Assembly (NCBI GenBank): GCA_963765495.1
Contig: CAVXWP010000001.1
Span: 1,056,001 to 1,120,000 of the forward strand
Source: Blastocatellia bacterium
GTDB taxonomy: Bacteria > Acidobacteriota > Blastocatellia > UBA7656
Length of the DNA stretch: 64,000 bases
Reading direction: 5' to 3'
The translations under genes and the position numbers were made by a program. The notes under the pieces were generated by a model. That model saw nothing but the letters and a program-made list of their open reading frames with translations. It did not search any database and had not been told where the DNA came from. This document shows positions 1 to 10,408 of the stretch, piece after piece (positions within the stretch are counted from its first letter, which is position 1; each line of letters begins with the position of its first letter).

Positions 1-8
1 GCGAGATT

Positions 9-608
9 ATGAATCTGAGCTATGACTACGAGGCGGCAGCCGGTGAGATGGGAGCAGGCTCGACATCGGGCAACGCGGGGCAGTTGATGTCAGTGACCGG
101 GACTATCGATTCACAGCCCGAGAGCGCAGTCTATACCTACGACAATCTCGGCAGGCTTGTGACAAGCTCACAGACCACAAACACAGTGAGCGCCGAGCGG
201 CGATATGAGTATGACAGGTGGGGCAACCGCACAGGGATGTGGGATCAGACCACAGGCGGCTCTCAGATACAAAGCCTCAGCTTGGAGCAATCAGCCGGAG
301 CGCCGACAAACCGCATCACAAACCTGAGCAATCCGTCCGGCACATCGGCCTACAGCTATGACGAGGCAGGCAATGTGACAGGGGACGGTTTGCACAGCTA
401 CACATACGACGCGGAGAACCGGCTCGTCAGCGTGGATTTTGGGGCAACGGCTCTCTACAGCTACGATCAGGCAAACAGGCGGCCAGAAATATTGCAGCCT
501 GAGTACTGCCATCACTTCTCCTTCGAAGCCAGAATATCCATTCGATTCCTTATATGGGCTGATTGCAACATATTCCGGGGGCAATTACGTATAGCTTGGC
601 ATCTTTGA
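9..608 (+). pseudogene. RHS/YD-repeat protein fragment, truncated
   Basis: YD-type repeats (YTYDNLGRL, YEYDRWGNR, YSYDEAGNV, YTYDAENRL). Similarity stops at about nt 480 after YDQANRR, with no RHS core end motif. Probably starts before the window. Confidence 0.75.
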
Positions 609-663
609 TTTTGCATAAAACCGTTTTTGCTTGCGACTGTACAAGAGTAAAGGAGGAGTGTTT

Positions 664-1788
664 ATGAAAAGACTGATGAATATGTCTGCCCTGATTCTTT
701 TGGCAATCTCGATGACGCTGATAAATTCTGCCGCCGGCCCGGCACAGGAGTTAAGGCAACCACCCGATCTCAAGGTTGACGCGGGCGCGCGCGCAGAGGT
801 TATCGAAGGCGTTTTGAAACAACTCAACGAAGGTTATGTCTTTCCCGAAGTCGCCGCAAAGATGGAAAAATCCATCCGCGAGCGGGAGGGAAAAAAAGAG
901 TACGACGGGATCACAAGCGCAATCGAACTGGCTCGAAAACTGACCTCGGATTTGCAGGAGGTCAGCCACGATAAACACCTGCGCGTGGGCTACAGCTATG
1001 AAGTGCTGCCTCTTGAGAAGGAAGATGGAGAGCCGACCCCCGAAGAGCGCGAGCGATTTCTCACTCGTCTGAGGTTGATCAATTTCGGTTTTGAAAAGGC
1101 AGAGCGGCTGCCCGGAAACATTGGCTATCTGGAATTGCGCGGGTTTGTCCCGGCCCAGTTTGGCAGCGAAACGGCGGTCGCGGCAATGAATTTTTTGGCA
1201 AATACAGACGCCTTGATCATAGACCTCAGACGCAACGGCGGCGGAGACCCCGCAATGGTAGCCTTGATTTCCAGCTATCTGTTTGACTCCGAACCCGTTC
1301 ACCTCAACAGCCTCTACTGGCGTCCGGGCAACACAACTCACCAGTGGTGGACGCTGCCTTATGTGCCGGGCCAGAGATTCGGCAGGCAAAAGGATGTTTA
1401 CGTACTGACGAGCAACCGCACGTTTTCAGCGGCCGAAGAATTTACCTATAACCTGCAAAACCTCAAGCGCGCCACCATCGTGGGAGAGACCACAGGCGGC
1501 GGCGCGCATCCGGGCGGCTCTCGCCGCGTAAACGACCATTTTCAGGTGTGGGTCCCAAGCGGGCGAGCCATCAATCCCATCAGCGGGACCAACTGGGAAG
1601 GCACAGGCGTGAAACCGGATGTTGAGGTGCCCGCAGATCAGGCATTCAAAACTGCCCAGCTTATGGCGCTCAAGAAGGCGATGGATAAGACATCCGACGA
1701 GGATTTGAAAGACCAGCTTAAGAGCATTACTGAAAACGTTCAAAAGGAACTTGACGAATTGAAGAAGAATCAATCAAACAAACCCTGA
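664..1788 (+). CDS. S41 family peptidase (IRBP-like), secreted
   Basis: Signal peptide; IIDLRRNGGG, TFSAAEEF, VGETTGGG and GVKPDV motifs; AGGAGG before ATG 664. Confidence 0.9.
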   Translation: MKRLMNMSALILLAISMTLINSAAGPAQELRQPPDLKVDAGARAEVIEGVLKQLNEGYVFPEVAAKMEKSIREREGKKEYDGITSAIELARKLTSDLQEVSHDKHLRVGYSYEVLPLEKEDGEPTPEERERFLTRLRLINFGFEKAERLPGNIGYLELRGFVPAQFGSETAVAAMNFLANTDALIIDLRRNGGGDPAMVALISSYLFDSEPVHLNSLYWRPGNTTHQWWTLPYVPGQRFGRQKDVYVLTSNRTFSAAEEFTYNLQNLKRATIVGETTGGGAHPGGSRRVNDHFQVWVPSGRAINPISGTNWEGTGVKPDVEVPADQAFKTAQLMALKKAMDKTSDEDLKDQLKSITENVQKELDELKKNQSNKP

Positions 1789-1816
1789 ACAACTCCGTCG
1801 AGTGAAAAACACTTAG

Positions 1817-1867
1817 ACAGGATTAACAAGATTCACCAGGATTAAAAGAGAATCCTGTTAATCCTGT
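1817..1867. repeat. Inverted 9-mer repeat hairpin (GACAGGATTAACA family)
   Basis: GACAGGATTAACAAGATT ... AATCCTGTTAATCCTGTC; related half-sites near 4438 and 57474. Confidence 0.7.
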
Positions 1868-1908
1868 CAAAAAAATCCGGTTTTCCGGTCACACATCCGG
1901 GCTTTGTC

Positions 1909-2394
1909 ATGTCTGAAGGGTTCATTAATAAACAACCGCCAAAAGGTTTGCTCCGTTTGCTTGCGCGATTTCCCATCCTGCTTTATCGCGCACATCTGGG
2001 CTGGCTTCTCGGAAAGCGGTTTCTGATGCTTACGCACACGGGGCGCAAAAGCGGGGAACCGCGCAAGGTCGTGCTCGAAGTAGTCAGCCGCGACCCGTCT
2101 ACCGAAACCTGGGTTGTCGCTTCGGGATGGGGCGAAAAATCGAACTGGTTTCAAAATATTTTAAAGACACCTGAAGTGGTTGTGCAGACGGGGAACCGGA
2201 AGTTTCAGGCCGTAGCCGAAAGGCTCTCCGTAGCCGAGGCGACGCGCATATTATGCGATTATGCCCGCCGCCACCCGTCCGCCTTTCGCAAGATCGGAAA
2301 ACTTATGCTCGGCCGGCAGATGGACGCGACCGAAGAAGATTGCCGCCGCGTGGCCGAGTTAATCCCTCTGGTTGCCCTGCGAGCTAGACCGTGA
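1909..2394 (+). CDS. Nitroreductase-family deazaflavin-dependent oxidoreductase (DUF385-like)
   Basis: LTHTGRKSGEPR and SNWFQNI motifs. Confidence 0.85.
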   Translation: MSEGFINKQPPKGLLRLLARFPILLYRAHLGWLLGKRFLMLTHTGRKSGEPRKVVLEVVSRDPSTETWVVASGWGEKSNWFQNILKTPEVVVQTGNRKFQAVAERLSVAEATRILCDYARRHPSAFRKIGKLMLGRQMDATEEDCRRVAELIPLVALRARP

Positions 2395-2723
2395 GCATCG
2401 AATCCACAAACGAATGCCTGCTCAAATTTGGCCCCGCTCCATCAGCAGTGTGAGCAAAATCATTTTTGCTGTTGCGTCAACCGCTCAAATGCTATATGGT
2501 CTCTGACCATTGGGGATATACGCCCTTTCGCTCGGCTTTTAGGTCATAAGGTCGTAGCCGAGATTGAAGGACAATCGAATTACGATTGCAATCATCTTCG
2601 CATAATGAATTGAAAGAACGGGTTCAGGTCTTGTCTGCAATTTTAGAGTTGCACGCTCGCAGTTTGAACATGTGAAGTTTCTGTCAGGAACTGTTTGATT
2701 CTTTCACTTGAAAAGGAGAGATT

Positions 2724-3110
2724 ATGGCAAAGACTGTTGCAACCGTTATCGGTGTAGTGTTTGTTCTGGTGGGATTGATCGGTTTCGCTGCTCACGATCT
2801 TATGGGCACGCATCTGGGCACCGTGCATAATCTGGTGCATATTGTTTCAGGAATTGTCGCGCTTTACTTCGGCCTGAAAGGGACGCTCGGGCAGGCGCGG
2901 TTGTTCTGCATCGTGTTTGGAATAGTGTACGGCCTGCTCGGGGTGCTTGGCTTTGTCGCTGGAACGGGCGCTGACCGTATGCTTGAACTGCCTGCCGGGC
3001 TGATGCTGGGAACAAACGATCATGCGCTTCACATCGTGCTTGGGATCGTTTTTCTTGCCGCAGGGTTCCTTACTAAGGCTGAAACAAAACACACGGCAGC
3101 CGCTTCCTGA
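2724..3110 (+). CDS. DUF4383-like 4-TM membrane protein
   Basis: Four hydrophobic helices with HNLVH and NDHALH; AAGGAG RBS. Confidence 0.75.
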   Translation: MAKTVATVIGVVFVLVGLIGFAAHDLMGTHLGTVHNLVHIVSGIVALYFGLKGTLGQARLFCIVFGIVYGLLGVLGFVAGTGADRMLELPAGLMLGTNDHALHIVLGIVFLAAGFLTKAETKHTAAAS

Positions 3111-3259
3111 GCTTTTCAGCTATAAATGGCCCTGAAGATGAACACAGATAAGCGCGGATTTGAGCATAGAGTATCTGCCTTTACCCGTATTTATCCGTGC
3201 TCATCTGTGATCGATGTTTGCTGTTCTCGTATCAGCGGCTCAAACTCGTAAAATGCGAT

Positions 3260-4336
3260 TCAACACTTGCCGTTTGAGGCGGCGCGGAAAAGCTTCAGCA
3301 GCGCGTACTCTTCCGGCTCGTATTCGGGTTGGATGCGGCGAATAACGCGCCGGGATTTCGGGCGAAACTCTTCGAGCGTGACGCCTTCCACATAACGATC
3401 AAATATGACCGGGTGGATATAGCAACTCCGGCACACGGCCGGGGTGTTTCCCAGGCGGTCGGCCACGCGCTCGACCGCCTCCACTATATTTTTTTTGGCC
3501 TGCTTTTCATCGGGCGGCTCTCCCAGATCGGCCAGATTGATCGCCGCCAGAAGCGTTCCTCCCCACGTCCGAAAATCCTTGGCCGAGAACTCGGTCGAGG
3601 TCGCCGTCTTTATATATTCATTCACATCCTTTGGCTTGACCGGATGAATGCGCCCGTCCTCTCCCACGTACTCAAACAGTTTCGGGCCTCCCAGTCTTTT
3701 CAACTCGCGAAGTATCGCCGCCAACTCCTTATCAACCAGAATGCGGCGCTGACGCACGTGATGCTTTCCCCTGAATTTGAATATAAGCCTGCCGTTCGAC
3801 TTGATTTCCAGATGGCGATTGCGAAGCGTAGTCACTCCATAAGTGCGATAGCGTTTTACGCTCGCTTCCGAACCGATTCGAAAATAGAGATCATTGATGA
3901 GCCTTATTACTACGGCAAGCACGCGCTCGCGTGACAGCCCTTTCATGCTCAGGTGCTCGTTTGTCGCCCGTCGCAGCGAAGGCAGATTATGACCAAATCG
4001 CTCGATCTTTTCATACTTCTTTTTTTGCTGCCGCGCGGCGTAGGCAGGATGATATTTGTATTGAATGCGCCCGAGAGTGTCTACGCCTACGGCTTGAAGT
4101 CGTCCCCGCATTGAAGGCGATATGCGCACCTCCTGCCAGGCCGGTGGGATGACAAGCGCCTGTATGCGCTCGATATGAGACGCGTCTTTTACGGGGCGGT
4201 CGTCGGCCGTCACATAGCGAAACCCCTCCTCTTTCGAGCCGAGCCTTCGCCACCATCGCGAGCGCCTGCCTCGCTCGACCAGCGCCCTCGCCCGCTCCTG
4301 AAACTCCTTTTCCTGATCCGCTTTACTGCTTGCCAT
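3260..4336 (-). CDS. Bacterial DNA topoisomerase IB
   Basis: IPPAW, GRIQYKYH, FRIGS, FRGKH, KDFRTWGGT and LGNTPAVCRSCYIHP motifs; start placed at MASSKAD. Confidence 0.9.
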   Translation of the reverse strand: MASSKADQEKEFQERARALVERGRRSRWWRRLGSKEEGFRYVTADDRPVKDASHIERIQALVIPPAWQEVRISPSMRGRLQAVGVDTLGRIQYKYHPAYAARQQKKKYEKIERFGHNLPSLRRATNEHLSMKGLSRERVLAVVIRLINDLYFRIGSEASVKRYRTYGVTTLRNRHLEIKSNGRLIFKFRGKHHVRQRRILVDKELAAILRELKRLGGPKLFEYVGEDGRIHPVKPKDVNEYIKTATSTEFSAKDFRTWGGTLLAAINLADLGEPPDEKQAKKNIVEAVERVADRLGNTPAVCRSCYIHPVIFDRYVEGVTLEEFRPKSRRVIRRIQPEYEPEEYALLKLFRAASNGKC

Positions 4337-4483
4337 CGTTTGCCCGCCGTTCGACTGTAGGAAACTGCTCCGGTCCGCACTCGGAATCTTCCCGAGTGCA
4401 ATGATTGTGCCAGCAGTCTGAAGCGCGGGCAGGCTTTTGACAGGATTAACAGAATTCAAATGGATTCTCTTCAACTACCTGCG

Positions 4484-5398
4484 TTAACTTCTGAGCAGGT
4501 TGTCGAAATCATCGAGGTCGGGGACCAGCGACCAGCTAAGCCGCTCGATGGTGTCGCTGTATTCATCTACCTGACTGCCGCCGACCCATACCCGCGTCCC
4601 GAGAGGGAGGCGTTCCGCCAGGGTCTCCATCTGCGATCGGACTTTTATATCTTCGGAATTTATCAGGCTAAGGGCAAGAAAACGCGACTTGCTCAACTCT
4701 ACGGCAAAGGCAATCTCGACCGAAGGCAAATCCGCGCCCAGATATATGACCCGCCAGCCGCGCGTGGCCGCAAGCAAGGCGGCCAGCAGCAACCCGAATT
4801 CGTGCCGCTCACCCGAAAGCGTCGCAAGCACTAAGGTTTCAGCCGCTTCCGTGGGCGGATAAAGCTTGAAAAGCGAACTCAACAGATTTCTGAGCAGACC
4901 CGTTGCCACGTGCTCTTGCGCAACTCCGAATTCCTTGTGCGCCCATCGACTGCCTATTTCATCCAGTACCGGAACGATCACGTTTTTTATCAGCGGACGG
5001 GCCGGAAACAGTGTTGCCGCCCGGCTCAATTCCATGTCGGCCGCCACTACGTCCAATACCTCAATCGCGCTCAAAAAACGGGCGCGCACAATCGAGTAGG
5101 GATCACCCGCCTCTGTCGTTGGAAAAGGGTCGTTGCTTAACAAGCGATCCAATTCTTCTTCTGATAGCCTCGCCACCTGGCCTATGCTGTGGCCCTTCTC
5201 GATTGCCTGCCGCAACCGCCTGAGCCGCGAAATCTCCGCGTCGGAGTAGAGGCGTGACCCGCCCCCGCTTCGCACAGGCTGAATGGCCCCGTAACGCCGC
5301 TCCCACACCCTTACCACGTCGGCCGAAAGCCCCGTCAGCTTTGTGACCGTCCCAATCCGATACTTTGCCGTCGCTTCGACTGTACTATCGCTTGCCAT
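4484..5398 (-). CDS. MerR-family B12-binding photoreceptor/repressor (CarH/LitR-like)
   Basis: MerR HTH (VRVWERRYG), W-x9-EH and ERHEFG cobalamin motifs; divergent from carotenoid genes. Confidence 0.9.
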   Translation of the reverse strand: MASDSTVEATAKYRIGTVTKLTGLSADVVRVWERRYGAIQPVRSGGGSRLYSDAEISRLRRLRQAIEKGHSIGQVARLSEEELDRLLSNDPFPTTEAGDPYSIVRARFLSAIEVLDVVAADMELSRAATLFPARPLIKNVIVPVLDEIGSRWAHKEFGVAQEHVATGLLRNLLSSLFKLYPPTEAAETLVLATLSGERHEFGLLLAALLAATRGWRVIYLGADLPSVEIAFAVELSKSRFLALSLINSEDIKVRSQMETLAERLPLGTRVWVGGSQVDEYSDTIERLSWSLVPDLDDFDNLLRS

Positions 5399-5425
5399 AA
5401 CCCCATGTTGCTGTCGTGTCCTAAT

Positions 5426-5450
5426 TCTGTCAAGATAAAATCTTGACAGA
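5426..5450. promoter_or_regulatory. Palindrome with TTGACA on both strands between divergent genes; candidate promoter/operator
   Basis: TCTGTCAAGAT-AAA-ATCTTGACAGA; on + strand TTGACA-17 nt-TAGCCT. Confidence 0.6.
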
Positions 5451-5528
5451 CGATGTAAAGCCGTCTAGCCTTTTAAGTGTCAAACGGGGTAGAATGGAGC
5501 CGAACGCAAACTGTTTAGGAGGGGCGCG

Positions 5529-6476
5529 ATGAAGATACTGATGACGGGGGTTACGGGGCTGATAGGCAGGGAGTTAAGCCGGTCATTGACAGGAGAAGGG
5601 CACGCGGTGACGGGTTTGTCGCGGTCGCCTGAACGTGCGAGCGGGGTGGCTGTGGCAGAGATGCTAAAGTGGGAGCCGCAATCCGGCCCGCCGCCCGCCG
5701 AAGGGCTGGAAGGCGCAGATGTGGTCGTGCATCTTGCCGGAGAGCCTATCGCCGCGCGTCGCTGGACCGATGAACAGAAGAGACGGATACGGGATTCGCG
5801 GGTCTTAAGCACCCGAAACCTCGTGGAAGGTATGGCCTCGGCAACAGAGAGGCCGAAGGTCTTTATCTGCGGCTCTGCGGTAGGGTATTACGGCAATCGC
5901 GGGGACGAGCGAGTAGATGAGGCCTCAGCGCCGGGAAATGACTTTATGAGCCAGGTTTGTCAGGAATGGGAAGGTGAAGCCGCGCGCGCGCGCGCGCTTT
6001 CGATAAGAGTTGTCGAGGTTCGGACGGGCGTGGTTTTGAGCGATGAAGACGGGGCGCTCAAAAAGATGTTGCCGGCTTTCAAGCTTGGCGTAGCAGGCCC
6101 GCTTGGCGGCGGCAATCAATGGTTTCCCTGGATTCATCTGGCCGACATCGTCGGCATCTTTCGTCACGCGATCAATTTAAACTCGCTCGACGGCCCCATC
6201 AACGGCACAGCGCCAAACCCGGTCACCAATGCCGAGTTCACCAAAGAGCTTGGTAGGGTGCTGCACCGGCCTACGATTCTGCCCGTCCCCGAATTTGGCT
6301 TGCGGCTCCTGATGGGGGAGATGGCCGACGTAGTCCTGACATCGGAGCGCGTGCTGCCAAGGGTAGCCGAAGCGACCGGGTATGAATTTCATTTCCCGGA
6401 CCTCGCATCGGCGCTGGAAGATTTACTGAGTGAAAAACGATCTTCCGGTCGCGCGGCGACCGGCACCCCCCGATAG
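5529..6476 (+). CDS. TIGR01777-family NAD-dependent epimerase/oxidoreductase
   Basis: TGVTGLIG, VHLAGEPI, SAVGYYG and WFPWIHL motifs. Confidence 0.92.
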   Translation: MKILMTGVTGLIGRELSRSLTGEGHAVTGLSRSPERASGVAVAEMLKWEPQSGPPPAEGLEGADVVVHLAGEPIAARRWTDEQKRRIRDSRVLSTRNLVEGMASATERPKVFICGSAVGYYGNRGDERVDEASAPGNDFMSQVCQEWEGEAARARALSIRVVEVRTGVVLSDEDGALKKMLPAFKLGVAGPLGGGNQWFPWIHLADIVGIFRHAINLNSLDGPINGTAPNPVTNAEFTKELGRVLHRPTILPVPEFGLRLLMGEMADVVLTSERVLPRVAEATGYEFHFPDLASALEDLLSEKRSSGRAATGTPR

Positions 6477-6511
6477 CTGAGAGCCAGACCCATACTCTAC
6501 AGGAAACGAAA

Positions 6512-7033
6512 ATGCAGACCTATTTATTGGAGCGCGAGCAGGAAATTCCGCGATCTCGAACCGAGACATTCGCATTCTTTGGCGACGCCGTCAATCTGGA
6601 GCGCATAACGCCCGGGTTCTTGCGGTTTCGCATTCTGACCCCCGCACCCGTATTGATGAAAAAGGGCACACTGCTCGAATACCGGCTGGCTCTTTTTGGA
6701 ATCAGCTTTAACTGGCTCACACTGATCGAATCTTGGACGCCGGAAGAATCGTTTGTTGATACACAACTCAAGGGGCCGTATTTGTTGTGGAGGCATACGC
6801 ACAAGTTTGAGCCGCTCGGACCTGATCGCACGCTCATGCGGGACCGGGTAGAGTACGGTTTGCCGTTTGGCCTCATCGGGCGTATAGCGCACGCTCTGTT
6901 TGTAAAAGGATTGCTGGACGGAATCTTTGATTATCGGGCAGAGATGACGGCGCGCCTGCTTGCGCCGGAGGCTCAATCAAACCCGGCATCAATTGAGCAG
7001 TCGAAATCACAGGAGCGAAGAAAGGCATCCTGA
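6512..7033 (+). CDS. SRPBCC family protein
   Basis: NLERITP, FVDTQLKGPY..WRHTH and IFDYR motifs. Confidence 0.88.
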   Translation: MQTYLLEREQEIPRSRTETFAFFGDAVNLERITPGFLRFRILTPAPVLMKKGTLLEYRLALFGISFNWLTLIESWTPEESFVDTQLKGPYLLWRHTHKFEPLGPDRTLMRDRVEYGLPFGLIGRIAHALFVKGLLDGIFDYRAEMTARLLAPEAQSNPASIEQSKSQERRKAS

Positions 7034-7091
7034 GCTTGCCTGTTCTAATTTTTATCACCCGATTGATAAGGCGAGAAAGTTATATATTCAA

Positions 7092-7586
7092 ATGGAAAAC
7101 ATTGCGACGGGCAAAAACGAATGGGTGGTCCTGATAATATTTCTTGTGGCCTGTTTTGCAGTTGCGGGGCTCGGGTCGTTTGCCACGACCCCTGAGATAC
7201 GCGGCTGGTATCGAGGATTGCAAAAGCCCGCCTGGACTCCGCCCAACTGGCTTTTCGGGCCTGTCTGGACCCTGCTTTACGCGGCTATGGCCGTCGCCGC
7301 GTGGCTTATCTGGAAACGCGCGGGATGGTCGGAGGCAGGCACGGCATTGACTCTGTTTTTCATTCAGCTAGGATTAAACCTGGCCTGGTCATTCATTTTC
7401 TTTAAGTTTCACCAAACGGGCGCGGCACTGGCGGACATCGTTTTTCTGTGGATAGCCATCGCCGCGACTATTATAAAATTTGCCGAAATCTCGAACCCGG
7501 CGGCAATACTCTTAGTACCCTATTTGATCTGGGTAACTTATGCATCGGCGCTCAATCTGGCCATCTGGCGAATGAACGGCACGTGA
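7092..7586 (+). CDS. tspO: TspO/MBR tryptophan-rich sensory protein
   Basis: WYRGLQKPAWTPPNWLFGPVWTLLY, LNLAWSFIFF and PYLIWVTYA motifs. Confidence 0.93.
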   Translation: MENIATGKNEWVVLIIFLVACFAVAGLGSFATTPEIRGWYRGLQKPAWTPPNWLFGPVWTLLYAAMAVAAWLIWKRAGWSEAGTALTLFFIQLGLNLAWSFIFFKFHQTGAALADIVFLWIAIAATIIKFAEISNPAAILLVPYLIWVTYASALNLAIWRMNGT

Positions 7587-7686
7587 TGCGTGATTCGTGA
7601 CCTTAAATGAGTCTGTCTGTTAACTGTAACTTGCAAATTAGATAAATCACGCATCACGCATCACGCATCATTGAACGCATCACGCA
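7583..7686. repeat. Inverted heptamer-array element (GTGATNC / TCACGCA family)
   Basis: GTGATGC-GTGATTC-GTGA ... (TCACGCA)3; related copies at about 12172, 41563 and 58360. Confidence 0.8.
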
Positions 7687-7694
7687 TTATCCTT

Positions 7695-8711
7695 ATGTCT
7701 GAGTCCATCAAAATCAGCAGGGCCACAGAAGTTTGGAGCGAACAGCAATGGGAGCGCCTCGAGCGCGACACTCGCCGCCAGGCTGTAGCAGCCGAAAACG
7801 AAGAGGCAGCCCGGGCAATCATCGCCGGGCAGGCCCGAAAAGTTATGCGCGCCTATACTACGAGCTTCTTCATAGTCACGCGCTTTTTGCCAGCGGTCAA
7901 ACGCGCAAAGGTCGAAGCCATCTATGCAGCCGTCCGCTACCCGGACGAGATAGTAGATACTTTTCCCCTGTCTCCAGCCGAGCAGATAAGTCTGCTTGAT
8001 AGGTGGGCTGCCGGGTATGAAGAGGGGCTTGCCGCCACATCCATAAAGGACGCGCTTACAAAAGGGGTGCCCTGTTTTCTTGCCGGATTTACTCAGGTTG
8101 TGCGCGAGGCCGGGATACCGCCCGAGTATTATCGCTCGTTTATCGAAGCAATGCGCCGCGATGTGTGGCCAAGACCTTTCACTACGCTCGAAGACTTGAT
8201 CGAGTCTTACATCTACGGCAGCGCAATCGTTGTCGGTTATTTTCTGACCTATGTGTATGGCGCGCAGTCTGAACGGGATTTCCCGCGTGCGCTGGAGAGC
8301 GCGCGCTTTCTGGCTATAGCTCTTCAACTGACAAATTTCCTCCGCGATGTGGGCGAAGATCATCGGCGCGGCAGGCTCTATCTTCCGCTCGACATACTGC
8401 GCGCCGAAGGCATCATTCGGGTAGATATTGCCGACCTCTCTCAACACGAGGCGCTCAAAGGCGCGCTAAGGCGGATGGTCGGTATCGCGGAAAATTATTA
8501 TGCGGCATCGGCGGCGGGTCTCGATGCTTTCGCCCCCGATTGCCGCGTGGCCATCAACGCCTGCATAGAAGTTTATCGCAAACTCAACAACCGAATAGGC
8601 CAAAGCCCGGAAGGCATCTTCCACCGCGAGAGCGTGCCTATGACTGAGAAGTTCAAGGTATTGCCCCCGAGCAAATACTGGCGCTTGCCTATCGCCTATT
8701 TGGGCAAGTAA
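7695..8711 (+). CDS. crtB: Phytoene/squalene synthase family protein
   Basis: TSFFIVTRFLP, RYPDEIVD and LQLTNFLRDVGED..RGRLYLP motifs; carotenoid context. Confidence 0.85.
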   Translation: MSESIKISRATEVWSEQQWERLERDTRRQAVAAENEEAARAIIAGQARKVMRAYTTSFFIVTRFLPAVKRAKVEAIYAAVRYPDEIVDTFPLSPAEQISLLDRWAAGYEEGLAATSIKDALTKGVPCFLAGFTQVVREAGIPPEYYRSFIEAMRRDVWPRPFTTLEDLIESYIYGSAIVVGYFLTYVYGAQSERDFPRALESARFLAIALQLTNFLRDVGEDHRRGRLYLPLDILRAEGIIRVDIADLSQHEALKGALRRMVGIAENYYAASAAGLDAFAPDCRVAINACIEVYRKLNNRIGQSPEGIFHRESVPMTEKFKVLPPSKYWRLPIAYLGK

Positions 8712-8760
8712 GCAGTTGGCGGTAGGCAGTTGCCGAATGATGATGGGGAAGAGATTGAAA

Positions 8761-10395
8761 ATGGCAGGAGAAAATCACAAGGCGAGAGCAAGCTATCAAT
8801 CAAAGGCGGACTCACAGCCTATAGCCTACAGCCTACAGCCTACTGTGATAGGCGGCGGGCTGGGAGGGTTGAGCGCGGCCATACACCTGCGGCTGGCCGG
8901 GTATGATGTAGCTATTTATGAGGCGAACGAGCGTGTTGGCGGGCGTGCAAATCTGATAGAACGCGACGGATTTCGCTTCGATACGGGGCCGTCGCTGCTC
9001 AATTATCCGTGGGTCTTCGAGCAGCTTTTTGAAGCGGCAGGCCGCCGCTTCGAGGATTACGTCACGCTCTTGCCCGTCGATCCTTCGGTGAGTTTTCAAT
9101 GGCCGGATGGTACTCGATTTACCCTGTCGAGCGATCTGCATCATTTGCTGGATGAATGCGAGCGGTTGGATTCGGGCTCTCGCCCTCGCGTGCTCGCTTT
9201 CCTGCGCGATGCCGAGGTAAAGTACCGGACCTCTTTCGATAAGCTTGTGACGCGCAACGAAGATAATTTTGTTAAATGGCTCGGCGCGCTCTCGCCCCTG
9301 GAACTCTTGCGGACATCGGTCTGGCGCTCGCTTGCAAGCGAACTGGGCCGCTTCTTTCGCAGTCGTTACATTTGCGAGGCGCTCGGGTCGTATGGGATGT
9401 ATCTGGGAGGGTCACCTTACGATCTGCCCGGGCTGTTTTCGATACTGCCTTATGGTGAACTGGCTTACGGTTTATGGCTGCCTAAGGGCGGCGTTTACGG
9501 ACTTGTCTCGGCGATTGAAAAGCTGGCCGGTGAACTGGGCGTTTCTATTTACACGAATAAGCGCGTGCGGCGAATCCGTACGCGGCAGAATCGAGTGGAG
9601 GCGATAGAGTTTGAGGACGGAAGCAGATGCGAAACTCGTCTGGTCGTTTCGAATGTAGATGTGCCGACTACGGATACGGAGTTGCTGAGCGGGGCGGGCC
9701 TTTCAGGGCGCGCGCGCAGGCGAGCCGGTCGAACGCGAATGACGCCCGGGGTCCTGACCTTTTACTGGGGCATACGCGGAGCGGTCGAAAATCTGGGCCA
9801 TCATACGATTTTTCTGCCGGAGGATTATCGCGCCGCCTTCGATGAGTTGCTAAAGCTCAAGCGCATACCGGAGCAGATGCCTTTTTATGTCAGCCTACCT
9901 TCGGCCACTGACCCTGATCTAGCGCCCGCAGGCTGCACATCTATGTTCGTGCTTGTTCCCACGCCCTTACTTAGCGAGATGTCTGAAGCCGATTGGCTGG
10001 TGATTACCCGAGATGTGAAAGCGCGAGTGATTACCCGGCTCCGGTTTCACGGAATCAAATTCGACCCGGCGCAAATAGTTGTCGAAGAGGTTTACACACC
10101 ATTTGAATGGCGGCGGCGTTTCGGGTTATATGACGGCTCGGCATTCGGAGCGGCGCACACTCTCTTTCAAATGGGACCGTTGCGCGCCCGCAATTACTCG
10201 CGAGAAATCGAAGGGTTGTTTTACACGGGCGCGTCTACCACGCCGGGAACAGGACTCCCCATGGTAGTGCTGGGGGGCAAGATGGTAGCCGAAAGGATTC
10301 AACGCATGTGGCCCCTGGCCGAGCGTGGTGAAGAGGCCGCCTTTGAGATGTCAAAGCTGAGGTCCGACATCTCGAATCTCAAATCACAAATCTGA
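8761..10395 (+). CDS. crtI: Phytoene desaturase family protein
   Basis: IGGGLGGL FAD motif, FRFDTGPS and GASTTPGTGLPMV; exact start and substrate uncertain. Confidence 0.85.
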   Translation: MAGENHKARASYQSKADSQPIAYSLQPTVIGGGLGGLSAAIHLRLAGYDVAIYEANERVGGRANLIERDGFRFDTGPSLLNYPWVFEQLFEAAGRRFEDYVTLLPVDPSVSFQWPDGTRFTLSSDLHHLLDECERLDSGSRPRVLAFLRDAEVKYRTSFDKLVTRNEDNFVKWLGALSPLELLRTSVWRSLASELGRFFRSRYICEALGSYGMYLGGSPYDLPGLFSILPYGELAYGLWLPKGGVYGLVSAIEKLAGELGVSIYTNKRVRRIRTRQNRVEAIEFEDGSRCETRLVVSNVDVPTTDTELLSGAGLSGRARRRAGRTRMTPGVLTFYWGIRGAVENLGHHTIFLPEDYRAAFDELLKLKRIPEQMPFYVSLPSATDPDLAPAGCTSMFVLVPTPLLSEMSEADWLVITRDVKARVITRLRFHGIKFDPAQIVVEEVYTPFEWRRRFGLYDGSAFGAAHTLFQMGPLRARNYSREIEGLFYTGASTTPGTGLPMVVLGGKMVAERIQRMWPLAERGEEAAFEMSKLRSDISNLKSQI

Positions 10396-10408
10396 TATCC
10401 GCAAGATT

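Noticed and set aside
597-615. Sigma54-like TGGCA..TTGC upstream of the S41 peptidase
   Set aside because: GG-to-GC spacing is 13 nt rather than 10.
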